The translations under genes were made by a program, and so were the position numbers. From an uncultured Gammaproteobacteria bacterium (GTDB taxonomy: Bacteria > Pseudomonadota > Gammaproteobacteria > QNFN01), in NCBI GenBank assembly GCA_964195335.1, contig CAXMPC010000052.1, forward strand, positions 1-59,605: a stretch of 59,605 nucleotides of DNA. The letters are read 5' to 3'. This document shows positions 8,761 through 18,547 of this stretch, piece after piece. The first letter of the stretch is position 1. Every line of letters starts with the position of its first letter. The notes beneath the pieces are model-generated. The model saw only the letters and a program-made list of their open reading frames with translations, did no database searches and was not told the DNA's origin.

Positions 8761-9456
8761 CTAGAACGGCACCTCGAGTGCCTGGCACAGGTAGCGCATC
8801 AGCGGCGTCGCGGTCTGGAACGACGCCGTCACCCAGTCGGCGAAATCGTTGTCGAGCGCCTTGGCGTCGGCGAAATCGTTGAGGGCGATGAAATCCTTGC
8901 GCTTGAGATCGTCGATCAGCGGGTGATCGGGTGGGTAGCCGCGCGGGGCGCGGATCAGCGATTCGCCGTCGAGCACGAAGCGCATCTTGAACCTCCGGTC
9001 ATCGACAACTTTGCGCCAACTCCCGGGGTTGTCGGCGATGAAGTCTCGTATCTTGCGTAGCGCCTTTGACTCCGGCCGCCAGATGCCGGCGCCGAGGAAA
9101 CAACGGCCCGGTTCGAGGTGGACGTAGTAGCCCGGTGCATGGACGTCGCGGCCGAGTTCGTGACGGAACTGAATACCAACGTTGGTCTTGTAGGGGGTCT
9201 TGTCCTTGCTGAAACGGGTGTCGCGGTAGATCCGCATCAGCGAACCGCCGCTCTTCTTGGCCACGGCCCGGAAGTGGGGCGAGGCGGTCGCCAGCCGAGG
9301 CCCCATGGCATTGATGAAGGCGAACGCCGGCATGCGCACGGCGGTTTCGTAGAGCGGCTTGTTGGCATCGAACCAGGCACGCTCGTTGTGTTGCCTGATC
9401 TGGCGCAGGAAGGTGAACAGTTCCTTGTGGAACGGTGGTGGCAGGGAGGCGCTCAT
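8761..9456 (-). CDS. DUF2461 / TIGR02453 family protein
   Basis: HNERAWFDANK, RIYRDTRFSKDKTPYKT, APGYYVH. Confidence 0.92.
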   Translation of the reverse strand: MSASLPPPFHKELFTFLRQIRQHNERAWFDANKPLYETAVRMPAFAFINAMGPRLATASPHFRAVAKKSGGSLMRIYRDTRFSKDKTPYKTNVGIQFRHELGRDVHAPGYYVHLEPGRCFLGAGIWRPESKALRKIRDFIADNPGSWRKVVDDRRFKMRFVLDGESLIRAPRGYPPDHPLIDDLKRKDFIALNDFADAKALDNDFADWVTASFQTATPLMRYLCQALEVPF

Positions 9457-9500
9457 GGTGGTGGCTCAGGAAACGGGCGTCACCACTATAATCGTCCAGC

Positions 9501-9716
9501 ATGAACGATTCCGCGACCCCGCTGCCGCCGAACGAACGCTGTGCCGCTTGCGGCGCCGCCTTCCGCTGCGGTCGCCACGATCCGGAGCCGTGCTGGTGTG
9601 CCCGTGATTTTCCGGCGGTGATGCCGCTACCGGTAGCGGGGGCGACGGCAGGCTGCCTCTGCCCGGACTGCCTGCGAAAAGAGGTCGAGCGTCAGCAGGC
9701 TTCGCCGTCCGGGTGA
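9501..9716 (+). CDS. Cysteine-rich CWC family small protein
   Basis: CAACGAAFRCG...CWC...CLCPDCL. Confidence 0.8.
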   Translation: MNDSATPLPPNERCAACGAAFRCGRHDPEPCWCARDFPAVMPLPVAGATAGCLCPDCLRKEVERQQASPSG

Positions 9717-9719
9717 ATC

Positions 9720-10013
9720 TCAGTCATCGATCCGCGAGCCGTCGGAGCGCCGGTGTGTTGGTTTCAGCGCCGTCGGGCTGTTTTCTTCCTCCCGGCTGAA
9801 GACGAAACGGCCGTAGAGGACGCATCCCTTCATCCCGGGACTGCAGGCGCGGCCGGCGACCTTCATGCACCGGTTACGCAGTTCGTGCGGACAGCTCCAG
9901 CTACCCATCGTGACGTCCCAGGTGCACGTCCCGGTGGCTGCCGCCGATGCCGTAGCGACGGCAGTGCACCCGTTCGGCGCGGGCTTGCCAATGTCGAGGG
10001 TTTCCAGCTTCAT
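9720..10013 (-). CDS. Small Cys-rich hypothetical protein (start may be 9908)
   Basis: WSCPHE...C...C.PGMKGCVLYGRF; sits in the gap between two + strand genes. Confidence 0.6.
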   Translation of the reverse strand: MKLETLDIGKPAPNGCTAVATASAAATGTCTWDVTMGSWSCPHELRNRCMKVAGRACSPGMKGCVLYGRFVFSREEENSPTALKPTHRRSDGSRIDD

Positions 10014-10088
10014 CACGGTCGTTTCTGTCGCTCCAGGGCCGATGATAGCGAAGCGCGTCGACCCCGACGATCGGGTAGGATGCGCGCC

Positions 10089-10649
10089 ATGCGTTTCTGT
10101 CATCCGCTCCGCTGGACCACGGCCCTGCTCACCCTGCTTCTCGCCTCGCCGGCCCTGGCTTACCATGAGGCCGACGAGCCTTCCGATGGTACGGTTGCCA
10201 GCTTCAAACCGGTCGATCCGCCCTTCGAATTGCCTGGCGTCACCTTCAGCGACGCGGCGGGACGGCCTGTCGCGCTGGCTGATTTCACTGGCAAGGTGGT
10301 GCTGCTCAACCTTTGGGCCACCTGGTGCCCGCCGTGCGTCCGTGAACTGCCGGCGCTCGACCGCCTTGCGGATCGGCTCGCCGGGGAGTCGTTCGCGGTG
10401 GTGACACTGGCGCTCGACAGCGGTGGTGCGGCCGTGGCGGCTCCCTATTTCGAGCGCCTCGGCATCGAGCACCTGACGCTCTATGTCGACCCGGCCCGGG
10501 CGATCGGCGAGGCGCTGGCGGACGACGTGCTGCCGGCCAGCTATTTCCTCGACCGTCGCGGGCGGGTGGTGCGTTTCCTGCGCAGCTACGTCGATTGGGA
10601 CGACCCGCGTGCCGACGCCCTGGTCCGCGACCTGGTCGCGGCGGACTAG
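10089..10649 (+). CDS. TlpA-family thiol:disulfide oxidoreductase
   Basis: Signal or anchor segment, then GKVVLLNLWATWCPPCVRELP. Confidence 0.92.
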   Translation: MRFCHPLRWTTALLTLLLASPALAYHEADEPSDGTVASFKPVDPPFELPGVTFSDAAGRPVALADFTGKVVLLNLWATWCPPCVRELPALDRLADRLAGESFAVVTLALDSGGAAVAAPYFERLGIEHLTLYVDPARAIGEALADDVLPASYFLDRRGRVVRFLRSYVDWDDPRADALVRDLVAAD

Positions 10650-10671
10650 GCGGAGGATCGGGCGTGAACGG

Positions 10672-11856
10672 CTAGCGCCGTAGCAGGGAGAAGGCCTCGG
10701 CCTCCGGCAGCGGCCGGGCGAAGTGATAGCCTTGGCCGTAGGTGCACTCAAAGTCCGCCAGCAGCGACAGCTCGTCTTCGTTCTCGATCCCCTCGGCGAC
10801 GACGTCGAGCATCAGCCCGCGCGACATGCCGAGGATGCAGCGGACGATCTCCATACTGTCACTGCTCTGCAGCATGGTCATGACGAACGAGCGATCGATC
10901 TTCAGGGTGTCAAACGGGTAGCGGTGGAGGTAGCTCAGGCTCGAATAGCCGGTGCCGAAGTCGTCCAGGGCCAGGCGTACACCGAGCATCTTGACCTCGG
11001 CGAGCTGGGCGGCGGCACGCTCGGGATCGTCCAGCAGCAGGCTTTCGGTCACCTCGAACTTGATCCGTTGCGGATCGACGCCTGCCCGGTCGAGGCTCTG
11101 CCCGGCGCGGTCGATGAAGCCCTCCTCGTCGAGCTGCTGGGCCGATACGTTGAGGGTGATGAACGGGGCGTCCGGGCCACCATCGTCAACCAGTCGCTGT
11201 GCGGCGGCGCACGCCTCGTCCATGACCCAGCTGCCGATGTTGCCGATCAGGCCGTGTTTTTCGGCGAAGCCGATGAACTCGAACGGTCCGACCAGGCCGC
11301 GCTCTGGGTGCTGCCAGCGGATCAGCGACTCGAAGCCGGCGACGCGGCCGCTGACCAGTTCGATGATCGGCTGGTAGTAGAGAATGAACTCGCGCTGCTC
11401 CAGCGCCCGCTGCAGTTCGTCGCGCAGGTGCAGATTCTCTACCGCGCGGTCGAGATCCTCACGATAGGCATCGGAAAGGGGGCGGCGTTCCGTACTGCCT
11501 TGGCCGTGCAGTTTCTCGTTGGCCTCATGGAAGCGCTCCAGCAGCACGCGCATGAACAGCTTGATCACCGGATCGGCGTCGCCCATCGCCGCGTCGAGTT
11601 GGTCGCGATGGATGGTTGCCACGCGAGTCTCTTCGAGTGCCGTGGCCGTCGCCGAGCGGGTGCCGTCGCTGACCAGGGCCATTTCTCCGAACAGGGCGCC
11701 GGGGCCGAGTTCGGCGATCACCATCTTGTGTCCTTCGCGCCGCAAGGAGATTTCCACCCGGCCGCTTTCGATGATGTAGGCGCTGTCGCCTGCCTCGCCT
11801 TCACGGAAGAGCTCGGCATGGGCCCCGATGCGTTGGGCGATCAGCTTTTCGGGCAT
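10672..11856 (-). CDS. cNMP-binding domain + EAL c-di-GMP phosphodiesterase
   Basis: FREGEAGD..FGEMAL..RSATA, then YQPI, ESL, EVTES, DDFGTGYSSL, KID, EGIE, QG. Confidence 0.92.
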   Translation of the reverse strand: MPEKLIAQRIGAHAELFREGEAGDSAYIIESGRVEISLRREGHKMVIAELGPGALFGEMALVSDGTRSATATALEETRVATIHRDQLDAAMGDADPVIKLFMRVLLERFHEANEKLHGQGSTERRPLSDAYREDLDRAVENLHLRDELQRALEQREFILYYQPIIELVSGRVAGFESLIRWQHPERGLVGPFEFIGFAEKHGLIGNIGSWVMDEACAAAQRLVDDGGPDAPFITLNVSAQQLDEEGFIDRAGQSLDRAGVDPQRIKFEVTESLLLDDPERAAAQLAEVKMLGVRLALDDFGTGYSSLSYLHRYPFDTLKIDRSFVMTMLQSSDSMEIVRCILGMSRGLMLDVVAEGIENEDELSLLADFECTYGQGYHFARPLPEAEAFSLLRR

Positions 11857-11882
11857 GACGGGACTCGCGAGAGCGACAGGGG

Positions 11883-12296
11883 TCAGGGGCGGCGGTTACC
11901 GGCTTCGGCGATGTAGGCGTGAAGGGCCGCGTCACGGTTGCGGATGTGGCCCATCAATTCCCCTTTCAGCCGTGATGCGCGTTCCGCGGTCAGGGTTGCG
12001 GTATCGGCGTCGAAGTCATCACGCAGCTGGTGGAGCCGCTCGATGATGGCGTCGTGGTCCCTGGTGTGCTCGTCGTAGCCTGGGTAGGCGTGGTGCCGCA
12101 TCAGCACTTGCTCGGACATGAAGTGCAGCTCGGTGTAGTCGACGAACTGGCCCAGCAACTGAGCCACGTTTGCCTCGGGCTCACCTCCATACACCGCCTC
12201 GATCACGGCATCGACCAGACCCAGCTGGACCAGGTGTTCATTGTCGAGTGTCTGCTGGCTCTCGGCCGCGGATTGGCTGGTGGTGGACGGGTCCAT
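11883..12296 (-). CDS. Single-domain bacteriohemerythrin
   Basis: Di-iron ligands present: DNEH, HFMSE, HTRDH, HIRNRD. Confidence 0.88.
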   Translation of the reverse strand: MDPSTTSQSAAESQQTLDNEHLVQLGLVDAVIEAVYGGEPEANVAQLLGQFVDYTELHFMSEQVLMRHHAYPGYDEHTRDHDAIIERLHQLRDDFDADTATLTAERASRLKGELMGHIRNRDAALHAYIAEAGNRRP

Positions 12297-12392
12297 CGTG
12301 GGCTCCCGGAGGGGGTTCGCGATCGAGTATACACGGGGTCCACGGGGTCTCCGGTGTGGCGCGAAACGGGGTTGCGTGACAGACTTGTGGCC

Positions 12393-12683
12393 ATGGAACG
12401 CCTGCCCTGTGTCGTCTATCGTGGTGACCGCGAAGCGGACACCTACCTCTATGTCGAGCAAGCTGACGACTTCTCGCGCGTGCCCGAGGAGCTGCTGTCG
12501 CGGATGGGCCGGCTCGAGGCCGTGCTCGAAGTCGAACTCCACCCGGAGCGGATCCTGGCCCGGGCCGATGCCATCGAGGTGATGCGCGCGCTGCGCGAGG
12601 AAGGTTTCTACCTGCAGATACCGCCGCGCGAAGGGCTTGGCATTCCGGTCGAATTTAGGCGCAGACCATGTTCGGATGGATGA
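12393..12683 (+). CDS. ycgL: YcgL domain protein
   Basis: CVVYR...TYLYV...[10 protein letters not shown]...LARAD...GFYLQIPP. Confidence 0.88.
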   Translation: MERLPCVVYRGDREADTYLYVEQADDFSRVPEELLSRMGRLEAVLEVELHPERILARADAIEVMRALREEGFYLQIPPREGLGIPVEFRRRPCSDG

Positions 12684-13312
12684 AGAACACGCCTGAAATG
12701 CCGTCAGCGGACGCGGCCCTGCCGGGACGTGCCGAGGCGCTGGAGATCCCCGCGACTCACTACGTCAACGGCCACGGCATGGCGCCGCCCTACCCGGAAG
12801 GCATGCAGCTCGCGCTGTTCGGTTTCGGCTGTTTCTGGGGTGCCGAGCGCCGTTACTGGGAACTGCCCGGGGTCCACGTCACCGCGGTCGGCTACGCTGG
12901 CGGCTACACGCCGAACCCGACCTACGAAGAGGTGTGCAGCGGCCAGACCGGTCACAACGAGGTGGTGCAGGTGGTCTTCGACCCGGGACAGATCGGTTAC
13001 CCGGAGTTGCTGCAGGCCTTCTGGGAGACCCATGACCCGACCCAGGGAATGCGCCAGGGCAACGACCTGGGCACCCAGTACCGCTCGGGCATCTACTGTC
13101 ATGACGCCGGCCAGCAAGCGACCGCCGAGGCCTCTCGTATCACCTACCAGCAGGCGCTCGATGCCCGTGGCCGCGGGCGCATCACCACGGAAATCATCGA
13201 CGCGCCGCCGTTCTACTTCGCCGAGGCCTACCACCAGCAGTACCTGGCCAAGAACCCTGGCGGTTACTGCGGAATTGGCGGCACCGGGGTATGCTATCCG
13301 TCCGCTACGTGA
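12668..13312 (+). CDS. msrA: Peptide-methionine (S)-S-oxide reductase
   Basis: [29 protein letters not shown]. Confidence 0.97.
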   Translation: MFGWMKNTPEMPSADAALPGRAEALEIPATHYVNGHGMAPPYPEGMQLALFGFGCFWGAERRYWELPGVHVTAVGYAGGYTPNPTYEEVCSGQTGHNEVVQVVFDPGQIGYPELLQAFWETHDPTQGMRQGNDLGTQYRSGIYCHDAGQQATAEASRITYQQALDARGRGRITTEIIDAPPFYFAEAYHQQYLAKNPGGYCGIGGTGVCYPSAT

Positions 13313-13333
13313 CGGGGTCAGGGAAGGTCAGCT

Positions 13334-14032
13334 GTGCCGAGTATCATGATCACGGGTGCCAGTCGGGGCATCGGCCTGGAATGTGCCCGGCAGTTTGCCG
13401 AACGGGGCTGGCGCGTCTACGCCACCTGCCGTGATCCATTCGAGGCCGGCGAACTGCGCCGCCTTGACGAGCAACTCGACCACATCAGCATGCACCGGCT
13501 CGACGTCACCGACCCGGCTCAGGTCGCCACGCTGGCACGTGGGCTGCCGACGGCCAAGATCGACGTGCTGCTGCACAACGCCGGCGTCTGGCTTGACATG
13601 GACTCGACCCTGCGTATCGGCAAGCTCCGTTTCGAGGACTGGGAAGAGACAATGCAGGTCAACGTGCTCGGCCCCGCCCGGGTGACCGACGCCATGATCG
13701 AACAGGTGGCGCGCAGTGACCTGCGCCTGGTCGTCGGAATCTCCAGTGACATGGGCTGCGTCAGTAACATCACCTCGCCCGGCAGTTACGCCTACCGGGC
13801 GAGCAAGGCGGGATTGAACGCCATGTTCCACGGCATGGCCCACGAGTTGCGGCGGCGTGATGTCGGTGTCCTGTTGCTGCACCCCGGTTGGGTCAGGACC
13901 GCCATGGGTGGGGAGAGCGCGACCCTGAGCCCGGCCGAGAGCGTCAAAGGCATGCTGACGCGGATCGACGAGTTCACCATGGAGCAGACCGGCAAGATCT
14001 ACTCTTACAACGGGCGCGAGCTCAAGTGGTGA
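13334..14032 (+). CDS. Short-chain dehydrogenase (CsgA/C-factor-like)
   Basis: TGASRGIG, NAG, YRASK, LHPGWVRTAMG. Confidence 0.9.
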   Translation: MPSIMITGASRGIGLECARQFAERGWRVYATCRDPFEAGELRRLDEQLDHISMHRLDVTDPAQVATLARGLPTAKIDVLLHNAGVWLDMDSTLRIGKLRFEDWEETMQVNVLGPARVTDAMIEQVARSDLRLVVGISSDMGCVSNITSPGSYAYRASKAGLNAMFHGMAHELRRRDVGVLLLHPGWVRTAMGGESATLSPAESVKGMLTRIDEFTMEQTGKIYSYNGRELKW

Positions 14033-14060
14033 GCCGCCGGCGCGCCACTCCGGCGCCCGT

Positions 14061-15038
14061 TCACCGCACCATGCCGAGGATCGCGTAGGCGAGCACCCCG
14101 AGCACGCCGAGGTAGAACAGCCGCGGCAGCCACTCGGCCAGTGCCTCATCGATCAGGTCCAGACGCTCGTTCAGCTGCTCGGCGTGATGTTCTATCATCT
14201 GGTCGAGCGCGCCCGCGAACTCACCCGCAGCCACCAGTGGCACCCCGGCACGGCGGTCGAGACCGCCGGCATCTGCCAGTGCGTCGGTCACAGTTGCGCC
14301 CTGCTCGACCGCCAATGCGGCCTGGGCCCAGGCGCCGCGCAGCACCGGGTTGCGTACCGTCTCCGCCGCTTCACGCAGGGCCTCGACCGCCGGCCGGCCC
14401 GCAGCGAGCAGCAGTGCCAGGTTGAGCAGCAGGTCACGCTGGGCACGCAGCCGCAGCAGATGGCCGAGGCCCGGCAGCAGGAGCAGCAGTCGTTCCAAAA
14501 GGTGTGGCAGGTCGCGGCCGCTGCGGCGACGGGCACCGTGTCGGTCCAGGAGCAGCAACAGGGCGAGTCCGGCCGGCGGCAGCAGCGCACGCAGCAGGTA
14601 ACCGCGACCATCGATGTCGCCACCGACCAGGGCCGGTAGCGGGGCGACCAGCGCCATCAGCACCAGCAACAGCAGTGGCAGGGCGAGGCGGTTACGCAGC
14701 CGCTGCTGCCAGCGCAGGCGGGTGGCATGGTGCCTGGCGAGACGCTCCAGTACCGCCTCGACGGTGCCTGCGGTGGCTGCACTCTCAAGCACGCGGCCCT
14801 CCCACGGCGTGAACAGCCCGGCGTGACGTCCGGCGCGGCCGAGCGGCAGGCCGCGCTCGAGCGCCGCCTGCATGGTTTCAAGCCGCCGTGCGAGGTGGCC
14901 ACGGCTCTCGGCCTGCAGTGGCTGCAGGGCCTGGGTCACAGGCACGCCGGCCTGTTCGGCCCGCGCCAGGGCCTGGAACAGCAGTTGCCGTCGGTGCAGC
15001 GGCAGGTGAAGGGGTCGGGTCGGATTCATGCGAGCCAT
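14061..15038 (-). CDS. Type II secretion system F / PilC-like inner membrane protein
   Basis: Two T2SSF-like repeats (LARAEQAGVP...G; LLAAGRP...AGEFAGALD) with TM helices. Confidence 0.8.
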   Translation of the reverse strand: MARMNPTRPLHLPLHRRQLLFQALARAEQAGVPVTQALQPLQAESRGHLARRLETMQAALERGLPLGRAGRHAGLFTPWEGRVLESAATAGTVEAVLERLARHHATRLRWQQRLRNRLALPLLLLVLMALVAPLPALVGGDIDGRGYLLRALLPPAGLALLLLLDRHGARRRSGRDLPHLLERLLLLLPGLGHLLRLRAQRDLLLNLALLLAAGRPAVEALREAAETVRNPVLRGAWAQAALAVEQGATVTDALADAGGLDRRAGVPLVAAGEFAGALDQMIEHHAEQLNERLDLIDEALAEWLPRLFYLGVLGVLAYAILGMVR

Positions 15039-15084
15039 TGCTGGCGGGGCGTCACCGGATTAGTCTCCGTTGCCGGCCGCGGGT

Positions 15085-15825
15085 TCAGATGAACAGCAGT
15101 GGCATGCCGAGCAGCATCAACAGAACTACGGCAACCCTACGTTGGCTGCGACCGGAGAGGGTCGGTGTGAAATGGTGCCCGGCCATCGTCGCCAGCACTA
15201 CCACCGGCAGGGCGTAGGCCACCAGCTCGAGTGCGAGCGGCTGAATCTCAGATAACAGCGCCACGAAGCTCATGCGCAGCACCACGCCCACGACGATCAG
15301 CGCAAACAAGGTCGCCCGGACTGCGTCGACCGTCATCGGCTCGCGGTAGAGGTGGTAGACCACCGGCGGAGTGATGGCCGCGAACAAGCCGCCGAAAAAT
15401 CCACCGAGCAGTCCGGCGAGCGTCCCGGTCTGCCAGCGTGCCGGCCGTTCCCGGGTTGCCGGTTGCAGCAGCATCAGCACGCCACCAAGGACGATGAAGG
15501 CCCCGAGAATCAGTTGCAGCGTGTCGGTGGCGTCGGCGGCGAGCCAGTCCATCAACCAGACGCCGAGCCCGACGGTCGGCAGCATGCCGACAGCGATCGG
15601 CGCCAGGCGGCGCCACTGGATGGCCCGCCATTGGCCGACCAGTGACACCAGGCTGCCGGCAAGGCCGAGCAGGCTGACCACCACCGCGGTGACCTCGATC
15701 GGGGCAAGGTTGAACTCGGTCATGGCGCCGAGCAGGCTCAGGGCAAGCGCGAAGCCGGTGATCGATTGCAGCCAGGCGCCAGCGGCGACGACCGCCAGGT
15801 ACAGCGCCAGGCCCTCGGGGCTCAT
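15085..15825 (-). CDS. TauE/SafE (TSUP) family transporter
   Basis: Multi-TM protein with QSITGFALAL and GLLGGFFGGLF..PP repeats. Confidence 0.8.
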   Translation of the reverse strand: MSPEGLALYLAVVAAGAWLQSITGFALALSLLGAMTEFNLAPIEVTAVVVSLLGLAGSLVSLVGQWRAIQWRRLAPIAVGMLPTVGLGVWLMDWLAADATDTLQLILGAFIVLGGVLMLLQPATRERPARWQTGTLAGLLGGFFGGLFAAITPPVVYHLYREPMTVDAVRATLFALIVVGVVLRMSFVALLSEIQPLALELVAYALPVVVLATMAGHHFTPTLSGRSQRRVAVVLLMLLGMPLLFI

Positions 15826-15879
15826 CGGCGTGACGGGTTCGGCAGGATGGCGGCGGGGTTGGTGTGGGCCCCGCGGCGG

Positions 15880-16728
15880 TCAGGCGGCGATGGCACCGCG
15901 CAGCTTGCCGAGCGCGTTCTTCTCCAGCTGGCGAATGCGCTCGAGTGACACACCGTGGACGCCAGCGAGCTCTTTCAGCGTGGTCTTCGGCTCGATCAGC
16001 CAACGTTTTTCGACGATGTCGCGGCTGCGCGGATCGAGACCGGCGAGGGCCGCGGTCAGCTGCCGCTTGCCGTGGCTGGCGCTGTCGATGGCTTCGACCT
16101 GCTGAGCCGGGTCGGCGCGCTGGTCGGCCAGGTAACCGGCCGGGGCCGGTGGTGCGTCATCGTCGTCGCTGTCGAGTGGGTCGAACGAGGCGTCGTAGGC
16201 ACTGAGCCGCGACTCCATTTCGACCACGTTCTCGGGCGTGACTCCGAGGTCGCTGGCTACCGCCTCGACCTCGGCCCGGTTGAGCCAGCCGAAGCGTTTT
16301 TTCGCCTTGCGCAGGTTGAAAAAGAGCTTGCGCTGGGCCTTGGTGGTGGCGACCTTGACGATGCGCCAGTTGCGTAGGATGTATTCGTGAATCTCGGCGC
16401 GGATCCAGTGTACGGCGAAGGAGATCAGGCGCACGTTATACGCCGGGTCGAAGCGGCGCACCGCCTTCATCAGGCCGATATTACCTTCCTGGATCAGGTC
16501 ACCGAGGGGCAGGCCGTAGCCGTTGTAGCCGCGCGCCACATGGACGACGAAGCGGAGGTGGGCCATCACCAGTGCCCGCGCCGCGTCGAGGTCGTTGTCG
16601 CGCTGCAGCCGTTCGGCGAGCGCGCGCTCCTCATCCACGTTGAGCACGGCAAACTGGCCGATCGTCGCCATATAGGCGTCGAGGCTGCCTTGCGGGGTGG
16701 CAATCGGGGCCGGAATCAGGTCACGCAT
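15880..16728 (-). CDS. rpoH: RNA polymerase sigma-32
   Basis: [14 protein letters not shown]; RpoH box QRKLFFNLR; lies downstream of ftsX. Confidence 0.98.
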   Translation of the reverse strand: MRDLIPAPIATPQGSLDAYMATIGQFAVLNVDEERALAERLQRDNDLDAARALVMAHLRFVVHVARGYNGYGLPLGDLIQEGNIGLMKAVRRFDPAYNVRLISFAVHWIRAEIHEYILRNWRIVKVATTKAQRKLFFNLRKAKKRFGWLNRAEVEAVASDLGVTPENVVEMESRLSAYDASFDPLDSDDDDAPPAPAGYLADQRADPAQQVEAIDSASHGKRQLTAALAGLDPRSRDIVEKRWLIEPKTTLKELAGVHGVSLERIRQLEKNALGKLRGAIAA

Positions 16729-16758
16729 TTTCGAAAAATCTCCTTTTCAAACCGCATT

Positions 16759-16785
16759 TTAGCACTCTGGTATGGAGAGTGCCAA
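16759..16785. promoter_or_regulatory. CIRCE element (HrcA operator)
   Basis: TTAGCACTC-TGGTATGGA-GAGTGCCAA: one mismatch to TTAGCACTC-N9-GAGTGCTAA, about 30 bp upstream of rpoH. Confidence 0.9.
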
Positions 16786-16852
16786 GTGTCTCCAGCAAGC
16801 TTTGACCAGGGTGCCGATGCAGGGTTCCGTAGACGCTGCTTGTGGGTGGCGA

Positions 16853-17866
16853 TCAGTTCGGCTCGATCGCCCGCAGGTGGCGCCCGACCGCCAACCAGGA
16901 GCCGAGCAGGCCGAGCAGGGCGCCACCCACAAGCAGCGTCAGCACGGTGTCCGTGTCGGCCGCTACCAACCGGAATTGGCTCTGGTAGAGCAGGGCCAGC
17001 TGCTGTACCGGGCCGCCGGTCGCCCACAACGCCCCGCTGACCAGCAGCCAGGCGGCGAGGCCGCCGAGCAGGCCGTACCAGGCGCCGCTGTAGAGGAACG
17101 GGCGGCGAATGAAGGCGTCGGTGGCGCCGATCAACTTGGCCACCTCGATCTCCCGGCGGCGGTTCTGGATGTCGAGACGGATGGTGTTGCCGACCACCAG
17201 CAGCACCGCCAGGCCGAGCAGCAGCGCGATTACTTCGACCCCGCGCCTGACGATCTCCATCAAGGCGTAGAGCCGCTTGACCCACTGCATGTCGAGTCGC
17301 ACGTGTTCGACCCCCGGTTCGACAGCGAGGTCGGTGATTAGTGCCTCGACCGCCTTGGGCGCGGCATGAGACGGCGCCGGGCTGACGACGATGACGTCCG
17401 GAAGCGGGTTTTCGTCGAGGGCATCGAGGGCGCCACCGAAGCCGGAGAGGGTGCGGAACTCCTGCAGCGCCTCGGCGCGCGGGATCAGCCTGGTTTCAGC
17501 GATCCCGGGGCGTTTCAGCAGCGTCGCCGCGAGCCGCTGCGACTCGGCCGCCGGCAGTTCACGGCGCAGGAACAGCGACACCTGGGTCGAGCCGTCCCAA
17601 CCGCCGCTTAGCACCCGTGCGTTCTCCAGCAGCAGGTGCAGTCCGGCCGGTAGCGCCAGGGCGATGCCGATCACGGCCACGGTCATCAGGCTGGCAACCG
17701 GGTTGCGCCACAGTCGGCCAAGGCTCGAAACCAGGACTTCGGCGTGGCGTAACAGGTAGACCTTCGGGTCGGGCCGCGCCCTCAGGCGGCTGGGTCCGTT
17801 CGCCCGGCGAGGTGGTGGCCGACGTGGGGTGCGGCCGGGCGGGCCCTTGCGATCGAGTGCCGTCAC
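16853..17866 (-). CDS. ftsX: Cell division permease FtsX
   Basis: ENPLP, VGNTIRLDI..RRREIEVAKLIGATDAFIRRPFLY. Confidence 0.97.
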   Translation of the reverse strand: MTALDRKGPPGRTPRRPPPRRANGPSRLRARPDPKVYLLRHAEVLVSSLGRLWRNPVASLMTVAVIGIALALPAGLHLLLENARVLSGGWDGSTQVSLFLRRELPAAESQRLAATLLKRPGIAETRLIPRAEALQEFRTLSGFGGALDALDENPLPDVIVVSPAPSHAAPKAVEALITDLAVEPGVEHVRLDMQWVKRLYALMEIVRRGVEVIALLLGLAVLLVVGNTIRLDIQNRRREIEVAKLIGATDAFIRRPFLYSGAWYGLLGGLAAWLLVSGALWATGGPVQQLALLYQSQFRLVAADTDTVLTLLVGGALLGLLGSWLAVGRHLRAIEPN

Positions 17867-18534
17867 GGCGCGTCCGCCAGCGGTTCACCGAGACGGCCGT
17901 GGTCCAGGTGCAGCACGCGCTCGCCGAGGGTGCGCACCAGTTCGAGGGCATGGGTGGCGATCAGCACGGTGACGCCGACCTGGTTGAATAGCAGGAACAG
18001 CTGCATGATCTCGCGCGCCAGGTCGGGATCGAGGTTGCCGGTCGGTTCGTCGGCAATCAGCAGCACCGGCTTGTGCACCACCGCGCGGGCGATGCCGACC
18101 CGCTGCTGCTCGCCGCCCGACAGCGTGATCGGGTAGAGCCGCTCTTTGCCGAGCAGGCCGACCTTGTCCAACGCGGCGCGAACCCGGCGGCCGATTTCGT
18201 GGTGGGAGACGCCGCTGATCACCAGCGGCAGCGCGACGTTGTCGAACACCGTGCGGTCGTAGAGCAGGTGGTGGTCCTGGAAGATGATCCCGAGCCGGCG
18301 GCGCAGGTAGGGGATGCGGCCGTGGCGCATGCTGGTCAGGTTCTCGCCATCGACCACCACCTGTCCCTGGCTGACCCTCTCGATCAGGGCGATCAGCTTC
18401 AGCAAGGTACTCTTGCCGGCTCCGGAATGGCCGGTCAGGAAGACCAACTCGCCGGGATTGATCCGGAAGTTGGCGTTTTTCAGCGCCTCGTGCCCTCCGG
18501 GATAGCGCTTGTGCACACGGTCGAAGTGAATCAT
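17863..18534 (-). CDS. ftsE: Cell division ATP-binding protein FtsE
   Basis: GHSGAGKST, LSGGEQQRV, DEPTGNLD; operon context. Confidence 0.97.
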   Translation of the reverse strand: MIHFDRVHKRYPGGHEALKNANFRINPGELVFLTGHSGAGKSTLLKLIALIERVSQGQVVVDGENLTSMRHGRIPYLRRRLGIIFQDHHLLYDRTVFDNVALPLVISGVSHHEIGRRVRAALDKVGLLGKERLYPITLSGGEQQRVGIARAVVHKPVLLIADEPTGNLDPDLAREIMQLFLLFNQVGVTVLIATHALELVRTLGERVLHLDHGRLGEPLADAP

Positions 18535-18547
18535 CGCAGTGTCCGGA

